Below, in pieces: positions 38,901-52,033 of a DNA stretch of 64,000 bases; within the stretch, counting starts at the first letter, position 1, and each line of letters starts with the position of its first letter. A model generated the notes under the pieces. It searched no databases. It saw nothing but the letters and a program-made list of their open reading frames with translations, and was not told where the DNA came from. A program made the translations under genes and the position numbers. Origin of the DNA: Eledone cirrhosa. Lineage: Eukaryota. Location of the stretch: assembly GCA_964016885.1 (NCBI GenBank), contig OZ024743.1, forward strand, positions 234,050,001 through 234,114,000. Reading direction: 5' to 3'.

Positions 38901-41900
38901 CGGCCGGCCCGCGATTGAAAAGGTAACTCCGCCGGCAAATCGTCATTTTTGGATTCGTTTTCTTCGAAGCACACCATTCGCCGGCTGACTTTGTTGACGT
39001 TTAACACGGTTTGGTTCCACAGCCACAACTATTGATTTTAAGGAGATATCTTGCTGAAATTCACGCCACACATAGCCAATGAGTGTCTGCACAGGTACCA
39101 GTAATTACAGATCGATCCGACCACGGGCGGCCGGCCCGCGATTGAAAAGGTAACTCCGCCGGCAAATCGTCATTTTTGGATTCGTTTTCTTCGAAGCACA
39201 CCATTCGCCGGCGGACTTTGTTGACGTTTAACACGGTTTGGTTCCACAGCCACAACTATTGATTTTACGGAGATATCTTGCTGAAATTCACGCCACACAT
39301 AGCCAATGAGTGTCTGCACATGTACCAGTAATTACAGATCGATCCGACCACGGGCGGCCGGCCCGCGATTGAAAAGGTAACTCCGCCGGCAAATCGTCAT
39401 TTTTGGATTCGTTTTCTTCGAAGCACACCATTCGCCGGCGGACTTTGTTGACGTTTAACACGGTTTGGTTCCACAGCCACAACTATTGATTTTACGGAGA
39501 TATCTTGCTGAAATTCACGCCACACATAGCCAATGAGTGTCTGCACATGTACCAGTAATTACAGATCGATCCGACCACGGGCGGCCGGCCCGCGATTGAA
39601 AAGGTAACTCCGCCGGCAAATCGTCATTTTTGGATTCGTTTTCTTCGAAGCACACCATTCGCCGGCGGACTTTGTTGACGTTTAACACGGTTTGGTTCCA
39701 CAGCCACAACTATTGATTTTACGGAGATATCTTGCTGAAATTCACGCCACACATAGCCAATGAGTGTCTGCACATGTACCAGTAATTACAGATCGATCCG
39801 ACCACGGGCGGCCGGCCCGCGATTGAAAAGGTAACTCCGCCGGCAAATCGTCATTTTTGGATTCGTTTTCTTCGAAGCACACCATTCGCCGGCGGACTTT
39901 GTTGACGTTTAACACGGTTTGGTTCCACAGCCACAACTATTGATTTTACGGAGATATCTTGCTGAAATTCACGCCACACATAGCCAATGAGTGTCTGCAC
40001 ATGTACCAGTAATTACAGATCGATCCGACCACGGGCGGCCGGCCCGCGATTGAAAAGGTAACTCCGCCGGCAAATCGTCATTTTTGGATTCGTTTTCTTC
40101 GAAGCACACCATTCGCCGGCTGACTTTGTTGACGTTTAACACGGTTTGGTTCCACAGCCACAACTATTGATTTTAAGGAGATATCTTGCTGAAATTCACG
40201 CCACACATAGCCAATGAGTGTCTGCACATGTACCAGTAATTACAGATCGATCCGACCACGGGCGGTCGGTTTGCGATTGAAAAGGTAACTCCGCCGGCAA
40301 ATCGTCATTTTTGGATTCGTTTTCTTCGAAGCACACCATTCGCCGGCGGACTTTGTTGACGTTTAACACGGTTTGGTTCCACAGCCATAACTATTGATTT
40401 TACGGAGATATCTTGCTGAAATTCACGCCACACATAGCCAATGAGTCTCTGCACATGTACCATTAATTACAGATCGATCCGACCACGGGCGGTCGGTTTG
40501 CGATTGAAAAGGTAACTCCGCCGGCAAATCGTCATTTTTGGATTCGTTTTCTTCGAAGCACACCATTCGCCGGCTGACTTTGTTGACGTTTAACACGGTT
40601 TGGTTCCACAGCCACAACTATTGATTTTAAGGAGATATCTTGCTGAAATTCACGCCACACATAGCCAATGAGTGTCTGCACAGGTACCAGTAATTACAGA
40701 TCGATCCGACCACGGGCGGCCGGCCCGCGATTGAAAAGGTAACTCCGCCGGCAAATCGTCATTTTTGGATTCGTTTTCTTCGAAGCACACCATTCGCCGG
40801 CGGACTTTGTTGACGTTTAACACGGTTTGGTTCCACAGCCACAACTATTGATTTTACGGAGATATCTTGCTGAAATTCACGCCACACATAGCCAATGAGT
40901 GTCTGCACATGTACCAGTAATTACAGATCGATCCGACCACGGGCGGCCGGCCCGCGATTGAAAAGGTAACTCCGCCGGCAAATCGTCATTTTTGGATTCG
41001 TTTTCTTCGAAGCACACCATTCGCCGGCGGACTTTGTTGACGTTTAACACGGTTTGGTTCCACAGCCACAACTATTGATTTTACGGAGATATCTTGCTGA
41101 AATTCACGCCACACATAGCCAATGAGTGTCTGCACATGTACCAGTAATTACAGATCGATCCGACCACGGGCGGCCGGCCCTCGATTGAAAAGGTAACTCC
41201 GCCGGCAAATCGTCATTTTTGGATTCGTTTTCTTCGAAGCACACCATTCGCCGGCGGACTTTGTTGACGTTTAACACGGTTTGGTTCCACAGCCACAACT
41301 ATTGATTTTACGGAGATATCTTGCTGAAATTCACGCCACACATAGCCAATGAGTGTCTGCACATGTACCAGTAATTACAGATCGATCCGACCACGGGCGG
41401 CCGGCCCGCGATTGAAAAGGTAACTCCGCCGGCAAATCGTCATTTTTGGATTCGTTTTCTTCGAAGCACACCATTCGCCGGCGGACTTTGTTGACGTTTA
41501 ACACGGTTTGGTTCCACAGCCACAACTATTGATTTTACGGAGATATCTTGCTGAAATTCACGCCACACATAGCCAATGAGTCTCTGCACATGTACCATTA
41601 ATTACAGATCGATCCGACCACGGGCGGTCGGTTTGCGATTGAAAAGGTAACTCCGCCGGCAAATCGTCATTTTTGGATTCGTTTTCTTCGAAGCACACCA
41701 TTCGCCGGCTGACTTTGTTGACGTTTAACACGGTTTGGTTCCACAGCCACAACTATTGATTTTAAGGAGATATCTTGCTGAAATTCACGCCACACATAGC
41801 CAATGAGTGTCTGCACAGGTACCAGTAATTACAGATCGATCCGACCACGGGCGGCCGGCCCGCGATTGAAAAGGTAACTCCGCCGGCAAATCGTCATTTT

Positions 41901-42676
41901 TGGATTCGTTTTCTTCGAAGCACACCATTCGCCGGCGGACTTTGTTGACGTTTAACACGGTTTGGTTCCACAGCCACAACTATTGATTTTACGGAGATAT
42001 CTTGCTGAAATTCACGCCACACATAGCCAATGAGTGTCTGCACATGTACCAGTAATTACAGATCGATCCGACCACGGGCGGCCGGCCCGCGATTGAAAAG
42101 GTAACTCCGCCGGCAAATCGTCATTTTTGGATTCGTTTTCTTCGAAGCACACCATTCGCCGGCGGACTTTGTTGACGTTTAACACGGTTTGGTTCCACAG
42201 CCACAACTATTGATTTTACGGAGATATCTTGCTGAAATTCACGCCACACATAGCCAATGAGTGTCTGCACATGTACCAGTAATTACAGATCGATCCGACC
42301 ACGGGCGGCCGGCCCGCGATTGAAAAGGTAACTCCGCCGGCAAATCGTCATTTTTGGATTCGTTTTCTTCGAAGCACACCATTCGCCGGCTGACTTTGTT
42401 GACGTTTAACACGGTTTGGTTCCACAGCCACAACTATTGATTTTAAGGAGATATCTTGCTGAAATTCACGCCACACATAGCCAATGAGTGTCTGCACAGG
42501 TACCAGTAATTACAGATCGATCCGACCACGGGCGGCCGGCCCGCGATTGAAAAGGTAACTCCGCCGGCAAATCGTCATTTTTGGATTCGTTTTCTTCGAA
42601 GCACACCATTCGCCGGCGGACTTTGTTGACGTTTAACACGGTTTGGTTCCACAGCCACAACTATTGATTTTACGGA
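32916..42676. repeat. 15-16-monomer higher-order repeat marked by G94T
   Basis: G94T occurs at 34144, 37776 and 41181 (spacings 3632 and 3405 bp), each with the same order of flanking variants. Confidence 0.85.
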
Positions 42677-44038
42677 GATATCTTGCTGAAATTCACGCCA
42701 CACATAGCCAATGAGTCTCTGCACATGTACCAGTAATTACAGATCGATCCGACCACGGGCGGTCGGTTTGCGATTGAAAAGGTAACTCCGCCGGCAAATC
42801 GTCATTTTTGGATTCGTTTTCTTCGAAGCACACCATTCGCCGGCTGACTTTGTTGACGTTTAACACGGTTTGGTTCCACAGCCACAACTATTGATTTTAC
42901 GGAGATATCTTGCTGAAATTCACGCCACACATAGCCAATGAGTGTCTGCACATGTACCAGTAATTACAGATCGATCCGACCACGGGCGGCCGGCCCGCGA
43001 TTGAAAAGGTAACTCCGCCGGCAAATCGTCATTTTTGGATTCGTTTTCTTCGAAGCACACCATTCGCCGGCGGACTTTGTTGACGTTTAACACGGTTTGG
43101 TTCCACAGCCACAACTATTGATTTTACGGAGATATCTTGCTGAAATTCACGCCACACATAGCCAATGAGTGTCTGCACATGTACCAGTAATTACAGATCG
43201 ATCCGACCACGGGCGGCCGGCCCGCGATTGAAAAGGTAACTCCGCCGGCAAATCGTCATTTTTGGATTCGTTTTCTTCGAAGCACACCATTCGCCGGCTG
43301 ACTTTGTTGATGTTTAACACGGTTTGGTTCCACAGCCACAACTATTGATTTTAAGGAGATATCTTGCTGAAATTCACGCCACACATAGCCAATGAGTGTC
43401 TGCACAGGTACCAGTAATTACAGATCGATCCGACCACGGGCGGCCGGCCCGCTATTGAAAAGGTAACTCCGCCGGCAAATCGTCATTTTTGGATTCGTTT
43501 TCTTCGAAGCACACCATTCGCCGGCGGACTTTGTTGACGTTTAACACGGTTTGGTTCCACAGCCACAACTATTGATTTTACGGAGATATCTTGCTGAAAT
43601 TCACGCCACACATAGCCAATGAGTGTCTGCACATGTACCAGTAATTACAGATCGATCCGACCACGGGCGGCCGGCCCGCGATTGAAAAGGTAACTCCGCC
43701 GGCAAATCGTCATTTTTGGATTCGTTTTCTTCGAAGCACACCATTCGCCGGCGGACTTTGTTGACGTTTAACACGGTTTGGTTCCACAGCCACAACTATT
43801 GATTTTACGGAGATATCTTGCTGAAATTCACGCCACACATAGCCAATGAGTCTCTGCACATGTACCAGTAATTACAGATCGATCCGACCACGGGCGGTCG
43901 GTTTGCGATTGAAAAGGTAACTCCGCCGGCAAATCGTCATTTTTGGATTCGTTTTCTTCGAAGCACACCATTCGCCGGCGGACTTTGTTGACGTTTAACA
44001 CGGTTTGGTTCCACAGCCACAACTATTGATTTTACGGA

Positions 44039-47000
44039 GATATCTTGCTGAAATTCACGCCACACATAGCCAATGAGTCTCTGCACATGTACCATTAATT
44101 ACAGATCGATCCGACCACGGGCGGTCGGTTTGCGATTGAAAAGGTAACTCCGCCGGCAAATCGTCATTTTTGGATTCGTTTTCTTCGAAGCACACCATTC
44201 GCCGGCGGACTTTGTTGACGTTTAACACGGTTTGGTTCCACAGCCACAACTATTGATTTTACGGAGATATCTTGCTGAAATTCACGCCACACATAGCCAA
44301 TGAGTGTCTGCACATGTACCAGTAATTACAGATCGATCCGACCACGGGCGGCCGGCCCGCGATTGAAAAGGTAACTCCGCCGGCAAATCGTCATTTTTGG
44401 ATTCGTTTTCTTCGAAGCACACCATTCGCCGGCGGACTTTGTTGACGTTTAACACGGTTTGGTTCCACAGCCACAACTATTGATTTTACGGAGATATCTT
44501 GCTGAAATTCACGCCACACATAGCCAATGAGTGTCTGCACATGTACCAGTAATTACAGATCGATCCGACCACGGGCGGCCGGCCCGCGATTGAAAAGGTA
44601 ACTCCGCCGGCAAATCGTCATTTTTGGATTCGTTTTCTTCGAAGCACACCATTCGCCGGCTGACTTTGTTGACGTTTAACACGGTTTGGTTCCACAGCCA
44701 CAACTATTGATTTTAAGGAGATATCTTGCTGAAATTCACGCCACACATAGCCAATGAGTGTCTGCACAGGTACCAGTAATTACAGATCGATCCGACCACG
44801 GGCGGCCGGCCCGCGATTGAAAAGGTAACTCCGCCGGCAAATCGTCATTTTTGGATTCGTTTTCTTCGAAGCACACCATTCGCCGGCTGACTTTGTTGAC
44901 GTTTAACACGGTTTGGTTCCACAGCCACAACTATTGATTTTACGGAGATATCTTGCTGAAATTCACGCCACACATAGCCAATGAGTGTCTGCACATGTAC
45001 CAGTAATTACAGATCGATCCGACCACGGGCGGCCGGCCCGCGATTGAAAAGGTAACTCCGCCGGCAAATCGTCATTTTTGGATTCGTTTTCTTCGAAGCA
45101 CACCATTCGCCGGCGGACTTTGTTGACGTTTAACACGGTTTGGTTCCACAGCCACAACTATTGATTTTACGGAGATATCTTGCTGAAATTCACGCCACAC
45201 ATAGCCAATGAGTCTCTGCACATGTACCATTAATTACAGATCGATCCGACCACGGGCGGTCGGTTTGCGATTGAAAAGGTAACTCCGCCGGCAAATCGTC
45301 ATTTTTGGATTCGTTTTCTTCGAAGCACACCATTCGCCGGCTGACTTTGTTGACGTTTAACACGGTTTGGTTCCACAGCCACAACTATTGATTTTAAGGA
45401 GATATCTTGCTGAAATTCACGCCACACATAGCCAATGAGTGTCTGCACAGGTACCAGTAATTACAGATCGATCCGACCACGGGCGGCCGGCCCGCGATTG
45501 AAAAGGTAACTCCGCCGGCAAATCGTCATTTTTGGATTCGTTTTCTTCGAAGCACACCATTCGCCGGCGGACTTTGTTGACGTTTAACACGGTTTGGTTC
45601 CACAGCCACAACTATTGATTTTACGGAGATATCTTGCTGAAATTCACGCCACACATAGCCAATGAGTGTCTGCACATGTACCAGTAATTACAGATCGATC
45701 CGACCACGGGCGGCCGGCCCGCGATTGAAAAGGTAACTCCGCCGGCAAATCGTCATTTTTGGATTCGTTTTCTTCGAAGCACACCATTCGCCGGCGGACT
45801 TTGTTGACGTTTAACACGGTTTGGTTCCACAGCCACAACTATTGATTTTACGGAGATATCTTGCTGAAATTCACGCCACACATAGCCAATGAGTGTCTGC
45901 ACATGTACCAGTAATTACAGATCGATCCGACCACGGGCGGTCGGTTTGCGATTGAAAAGGTAACTCCGCCGGCAAATCGTCATTTTTGGATTCGTTTTCT
46001 TCGAAGCACACCATTCGCCGGCGGACTTTGTTGACGTTTAACACGGTTTGGTTCCACAGCCACAACTATTGATTTTACGGAGATATCTTGCTGAAATTCA
46101 CGCCACACATAGCCAATGAGTCTCTGCACATGTACCATTAATTACAGATCGATCCGACCACGGGCGGTCGGTTTGCGATTGAAAAGGTAACTCCGCCGGC
46201 AAATCGTCATTTTTGGATTCGTTTTCTTCGAAGCACACCATTCGCCGGCGGACTTTGTTGACGTTTAACACGGTTTGGTTCCACAGCCACAACTATTGAT
46301 TTTACGGAGATATCTTGCTGAAATTCACGCCACACATAGCCAATGAGTGTCTGCACATGTACCAGTAATTACAGATCGATCCGACCACGGGCGGCCGGCC
46401 CGCGATTGAAAAGGTAACTCCGCCGGCAAATCGTCATTTTTGGATTCGTTTTCTTCGAAGCACACCATTCGCCGGCGGACTTTGTTGACGTTTAACACGG
46501 TTTGGTTCCACAGCCACAACTATTGATTTTACGGAGATATCTTGCTGAAATTCACGCCACACATAGCCAATGAGTGTCTGCACATGTACCAGTAATTACA
46601 GATCGATCCGACCACGGGCGGCCGGCCCGCGATTGAAAAGGTAACTCCGCCGGCAAATCGTCATTTTTGGATTCGTTTTCTTCGAAGCACACCATTCGCC
46701 GGCTGACTTTGTTGACGTTTAACACGGTTTGGTTCCACAGCCACAACTATTGATTTTAAGGAGATATCTTGCTGAAATTCACGCCACACATAGCCAATGA
46801 GTGTCTGCACAGGTACCAGTAATTACAGATCGATCCGACCACGGGCGGCCGGCCCGCGATTGAAAAGGTAACTCCGCCGGCAAATCGTCATTTTTGGATT
46901 CGTTTTCTTCGAAGCACACCATTCGCCGGCTGACTTTGTTGACGTTTAACACGGTTTGGTTCCACAGCCACAACTATTGATTTTACGGAGATATCTTGCT

Positions 47001-50000
47001 GAAATTCACGCCACACATAGCCAATGAGTGTCTGCACATGTACCAGTAATTACAGATCGATCCGACCACGGGCGGCCGGCCCGCGATTGAAAAGGTAACT
47101 CCGCCGGCAAATCGTCATTTTTGGATTCGTTTTCTTCGAAGCACACCATTCGCCGGCGGACTTTGTTGACGTTTAACACGGTTTGGTTCCACAGCCACAA
47201 CTATTGATTTTACGGAGATATCTTGCTGAAATTCACGCCACACATAGCCAATGAGTCTCTGCACATGTACCATTAATTACAGATCGATCCGACCACGGGC
47301 GGTCGGTTTGCGATTGAAAAGGTAACTCCGCCGGCAAATCGTCATTTTTGGATTCGTTTTCTTCGAAGCACACCATTCGCCGGCTGACTTTGTTGACGTT
47401 TAACACGGTTTGGTTCCACAGCCACAACTATTGATTTTAAGGAGATATCTTGCTGAAATTCACGCCACACATAGCCAATGAGTGTCTGCACAGGTACCAG
47501 TAATTACAGATCGATCCGACCACGGGCGGCCGGCCCGCGATTGAAAAGGTAACTCCGCCGGCAAATCGTCATTTTTGGATTCGTTTTCTTCGAAGCACAC
47601 CATTCGCCGGCGGACTTTGTTGACGTTTAACACGGTTTGGTTCCACAGCCACAACTATTGATTTTACGGAGATATCTTGCTGAAATTCACGCCACACATA
47701 GCCAATGAGTGTCTGCACATGTACCAGTAATTACAGATCGATCCGACCACGGGCGGCCGGCCCGCGATTGAAAAGGTAACTCCGCCGGCAAATCGTCATT
47801 TTTGGATTCGTTTTCTTCGAAGCACACCATTCGCCGGCGGACTTTGTTGACGTTTAACACGGTTTGGTTCCACAGCCACAACTATTGATTTTACGGAGAT
47901 ATCTTGCTGAAATTCACGCCACACATAGCCAATGAGTGTCTGCACATGTACCAGTAATTACAGATCGATCCGACCACGGGCGGCCGGCCCGCGATTGAAA
48001 AGGTAACTCCGCCGGCAAATCGTCATTTTTGGATTCGTTTTCTTCGAAGCACACCATTCGCCGGCTGACTTTGTTGACGTTTAACACGGTTTGGTTCCAC
48101 AGCCACAACTATTGATTTTAAGGAGATATCTTGCTGAAATTCACGCCACACATAGCCAATGAGTGTCTGCACAGGTACCAGTAATTACAGATCGATCCGA
48201 CCACGGGCGGCCGGCCCGCGATTGAAAAGGTAACTCCGCCGGCAAATCGTCATTTTTGGATTCGTTTTCTTCGAAGCACACCATTCGCCGGCGGACTTTG
48301 TTGACGTTTAACACGGTTTGGTTCCACAGCCACAACTATTGATTTTACGGAGATATCTTGCTGAAATTCACGCCACACATAGCCAATGAGTCTCTGCACA
48401 TGTACAAGTAATTACAGATCGATCCGACCACGGGCGGCCGGCCCGCGATTGAAAAGGTAACTCCGCCGGCAAATCGTCATTTTTGGATTCGTTTTCTTCG
48501 AAGCACACCATTCGCCGGCGGACTTTGTTGACGTTTAACACGGTTTGGTTCCACAGCCACAACTATTGATTTGAAGGAGATATCTTGCTGAAATTCACGC
48601 CACACATAGCCAATGAGTGTCTGCACATGTACCAGTAATTACAGATCGATCCGACCACGGGCGGTCGGTTTGCGATTGAAAAGGTAACTCCGCCGGCAAA
48701 TCGTCATTTTTGGATTCGTTTTCTTCGAAGCACACCATTCGCCGGCTGACTTTGTTGACGTTTAACACGGTTTGGTTCCACAGCCACAACTATTGATTTT
48801 AAGGAGATATCTTGCTGAAATTCACGCCACACATAGCCAATGAGTGTCTGCACAGGTACCAGTAATTACAGATCGATCCGACCACGGGCGGCCGGCCCGC
48901 GATTGAAAAGGTAACTCCGCCGGCAAATCGTCATTTTTGGATTCGTTTTCTTCGAAGCACACCATTCGCCGGCTGACTTTGTTGACGTTTAACACGGTTT
49001 GGTTCCACAGCCACAACTATTGATTTTACGGAGATATCTTGCTGAAATTCACGCCACACATAGCCAATGAGTGTCTGCACATGTACCAGTAATTACAGAT
49101 CGATCCGACCACGGGCGGCCGGCCCGCGATTGAAAAGGTAACTCCGCCGGCAAATCGTCATTTTTGGATTCGTTTTCTTCGAAGCACACCATTCGCCGGC
49201 GGACTTTGTTGACGTTTAACACGGTTTGGTTCCACAGCCACAACTATTGATTTTACGGAGATATCTTGCTGAAATTCACGCCACACATAGCCAATGAGTC
49301 TCTGCACATGTACCATTAATTACAGATCGATCCGACCACGGGCGGTCGGTTTGCGATTGAAAAGGTAACTCCGCCGGCAAATCGTCATTTTTGGATTCGT
49401 TTTCTTCGAAGCACACCATTCGCCGGCTGACTTTGTTGACGTTTAACACGGTTTGGTTCCACAGCCACAACTATTGATTTTAAGGAGATATCTTGCTGAA
49501 ATTCACGCCACACATAGCCAATGAGTGTCTGCACAGGTACCAGTAATTACAGATCGATCCGACCACGGGCGGCCGGCCCGCGATTGAAAAGGTAACTCCG
49601 CCGGCAAATCGTCATTTTTGGATTCGTTTTCTTCGAAGCACACCATTCGCCGGCGGACTTTGTTGACGTTTAACACGGTTTGGTTCCACAGCCACAACTA
49701 TTGATTTTACGGAGATATCTTGCTGAAATTCACGCCACACATAGCCAATGAGTGTCTGCACATGTACCAGTAATTACAGATCGATCCGACCACGGGCGGC
49801 CGGCCCGCGATTGAAAAGGTAACTCCGCCGGCAAATCGTCATTTTTGGATTCGTTTTCTTCGAAGCACACCATTCGCCGGCGGACTTTGTTGACGTTTAA
49901 CACGGTTTGGTTCCACAGCCACAACTATTGATTTTACGGAGATATCTTGCTGAAATTCACGCCACACATAGCCAATGAGTGTCTGCACATGTACCAGTAA

Positions 50001-50848
50001 TTACAGATCGATCCGACCACGGGCGGCCGGCCCGCGATTGAAAAGGTAACTCCGCCGGCAAATCGTCATTTTTGGATTCGTTTTCTTCGAAGCACACCAT
50101 TCGCCGGCTGACTTTGTTGACGTTTAACACGGTTTGGTTCCACAGCCACAACTATTGATTTTAAGGAGATATCTTGCTGAAATTCACGCCACACATAGCC
50201 AATGAGTGTCTGCACAGGTACCAGTAATTACAGATCGATCCGACCACGGGCGGCCGGCCCGCGATTGAAAAGGTAACTCCGCCGGCAAATCGTCATTTTT
50301 GGATTCGTTTTCTTCGAAGCACACCATTCGCCGGCGGACTTTGTTGACGTTTAACACGGTTTGGTTCCACAGCCACAACTATTGATTTTACGGAGATATC
50401 TTGCTGAAATTCACGCCACACATAGCCAATGAGTCTCTGCACATGTACAAGTAATTACAGATCGATCCGACCACGGGCGGCCGGCCCGCGATTGAAAAGG
50501 TAACTCCGCCGGCAAATCGTCATTTTTGGATTCGTTTTCTTCGAAGCACACCATTCGCCGGCGGACTTTGTTGACGTTTAACACGGTTTGGTTCCACAGC
50601 CACAACTATTGATTTTACGGAGATATCTTGCTGAAATTCACGCCACACATAGCCAATGAGTGTCTGCACATGTACCAGTAATTACAGATCGATCCGACCA
50701 CGGGCGGTCGGTTTGCGATTGAAAAGGTAACTCCGCCGGCAAATCGTCATTTTTGGATTCGTTTTCTTCGAAGCACACCATTCGCCGGCTGACTTTGTTG
50801 ACGTTTAACACGGTTTGGTTCCACAGCCACAACTATTGATTTTAAGGA
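44039..50848. repeat. Local 9-monomer (2043-bp) periodicity
   Basis: G57T class B units start at 45174, 47217 and 49260. The rare G57T-without-G169T unit occurs at 44039 and 46082. C55A units occur at 48352 and 50395. Confidence 0.8.
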
Positions 50849-52033
50849 GATATCTTGCTGAAATTCACGCCACACATAGCCAATGAGTGTCTGCACAGGT
50901 ACCAGTAATTACAGATCGATCCGACCACGGGCGGCCGGCCCGCGATTGAAAAGGTAACTCCGCCGGCAAATCGTCATTTTTGGATTCGTTTTCTTCGAAG
51001 CACACCATTCGCCGGCGGACTTTGTTGACGTTTAACACGGTTTGGTTCCACAGCCACAACTATTGATTTTACGGAGATATCTTGCTGAAATTCACGCCAC
51101 ACATAGCCAATGAGTGTCTGCACATGTACCAGTAATTACAGATCGATCCGACCACGGGCGGCCGGCCCGCGATTGAAAAGGTAACTCCGCCGGCAAATCG
51201 TCATTTTTGGATTCGTTTTCTTCGAAGCACACCATTCGCCGGCTGACTTTGTTGACGTTTAACACGGTTTGGTTCCACAGCCACAACTATTGATTTTAAG
51301 GAGATATCTTGCTGAAATTCACGCCACACATAGCCAATGAGTGTCTGCACATGTACCAGTAATTACAGATCGATCCGACCACGGGCGGTCGGTTTGCGAT
51401 TGAAAAGGTAACTCCGCCGGCAAATCGTCATTTTTGGATTCGTTTTCTTCGAAGCACACCATTCGCCGGCGGACTTTGTTGACGTTTAACACGGTTTGGT
51501 TCCACAGCCACAACTATTGATTTTACGGAGATATCTTGCTGAAATTCACGCCACACATAGCCAATGAGTGTCTGCACATGTACCAGTAATTACAGATCGA
51601 TCCGACCACGGGCGGCCGGCCCGCGATTGAAAAGGTAACTCCGCCGGCAAATCGTCATTTTTGGATTCGTTTTCTTCGAAGCACACCATTCGCCGGCGGA
51701 CTTTGTTGACGTTTAACACGGTTTGGTTCCACAGCCACAACTATTGATTTTACGGAGATATCTTGCTGAAATTCACGCCACACATAGCCAATGAGTCTCT
51801 GCACATGTACCATTAATTACAGATCGATCCGACCACGGGCGGTCGGTTTGCGATTGAAAAGGTAACTCCGCCGGCAAATCGTCATTTTTGGATTCGTTTT
51901 CTTCGAAGCACACCATTCGCCGGCTGACTTTGTTGACGTTTAACACGGTTTGGTTCCACAGCCACAACTATTGATTTTAAGGAGATATCTTGCTGAAATT
52001 CACGCCACACATAGCCAATGAGTGTCTGCACAG

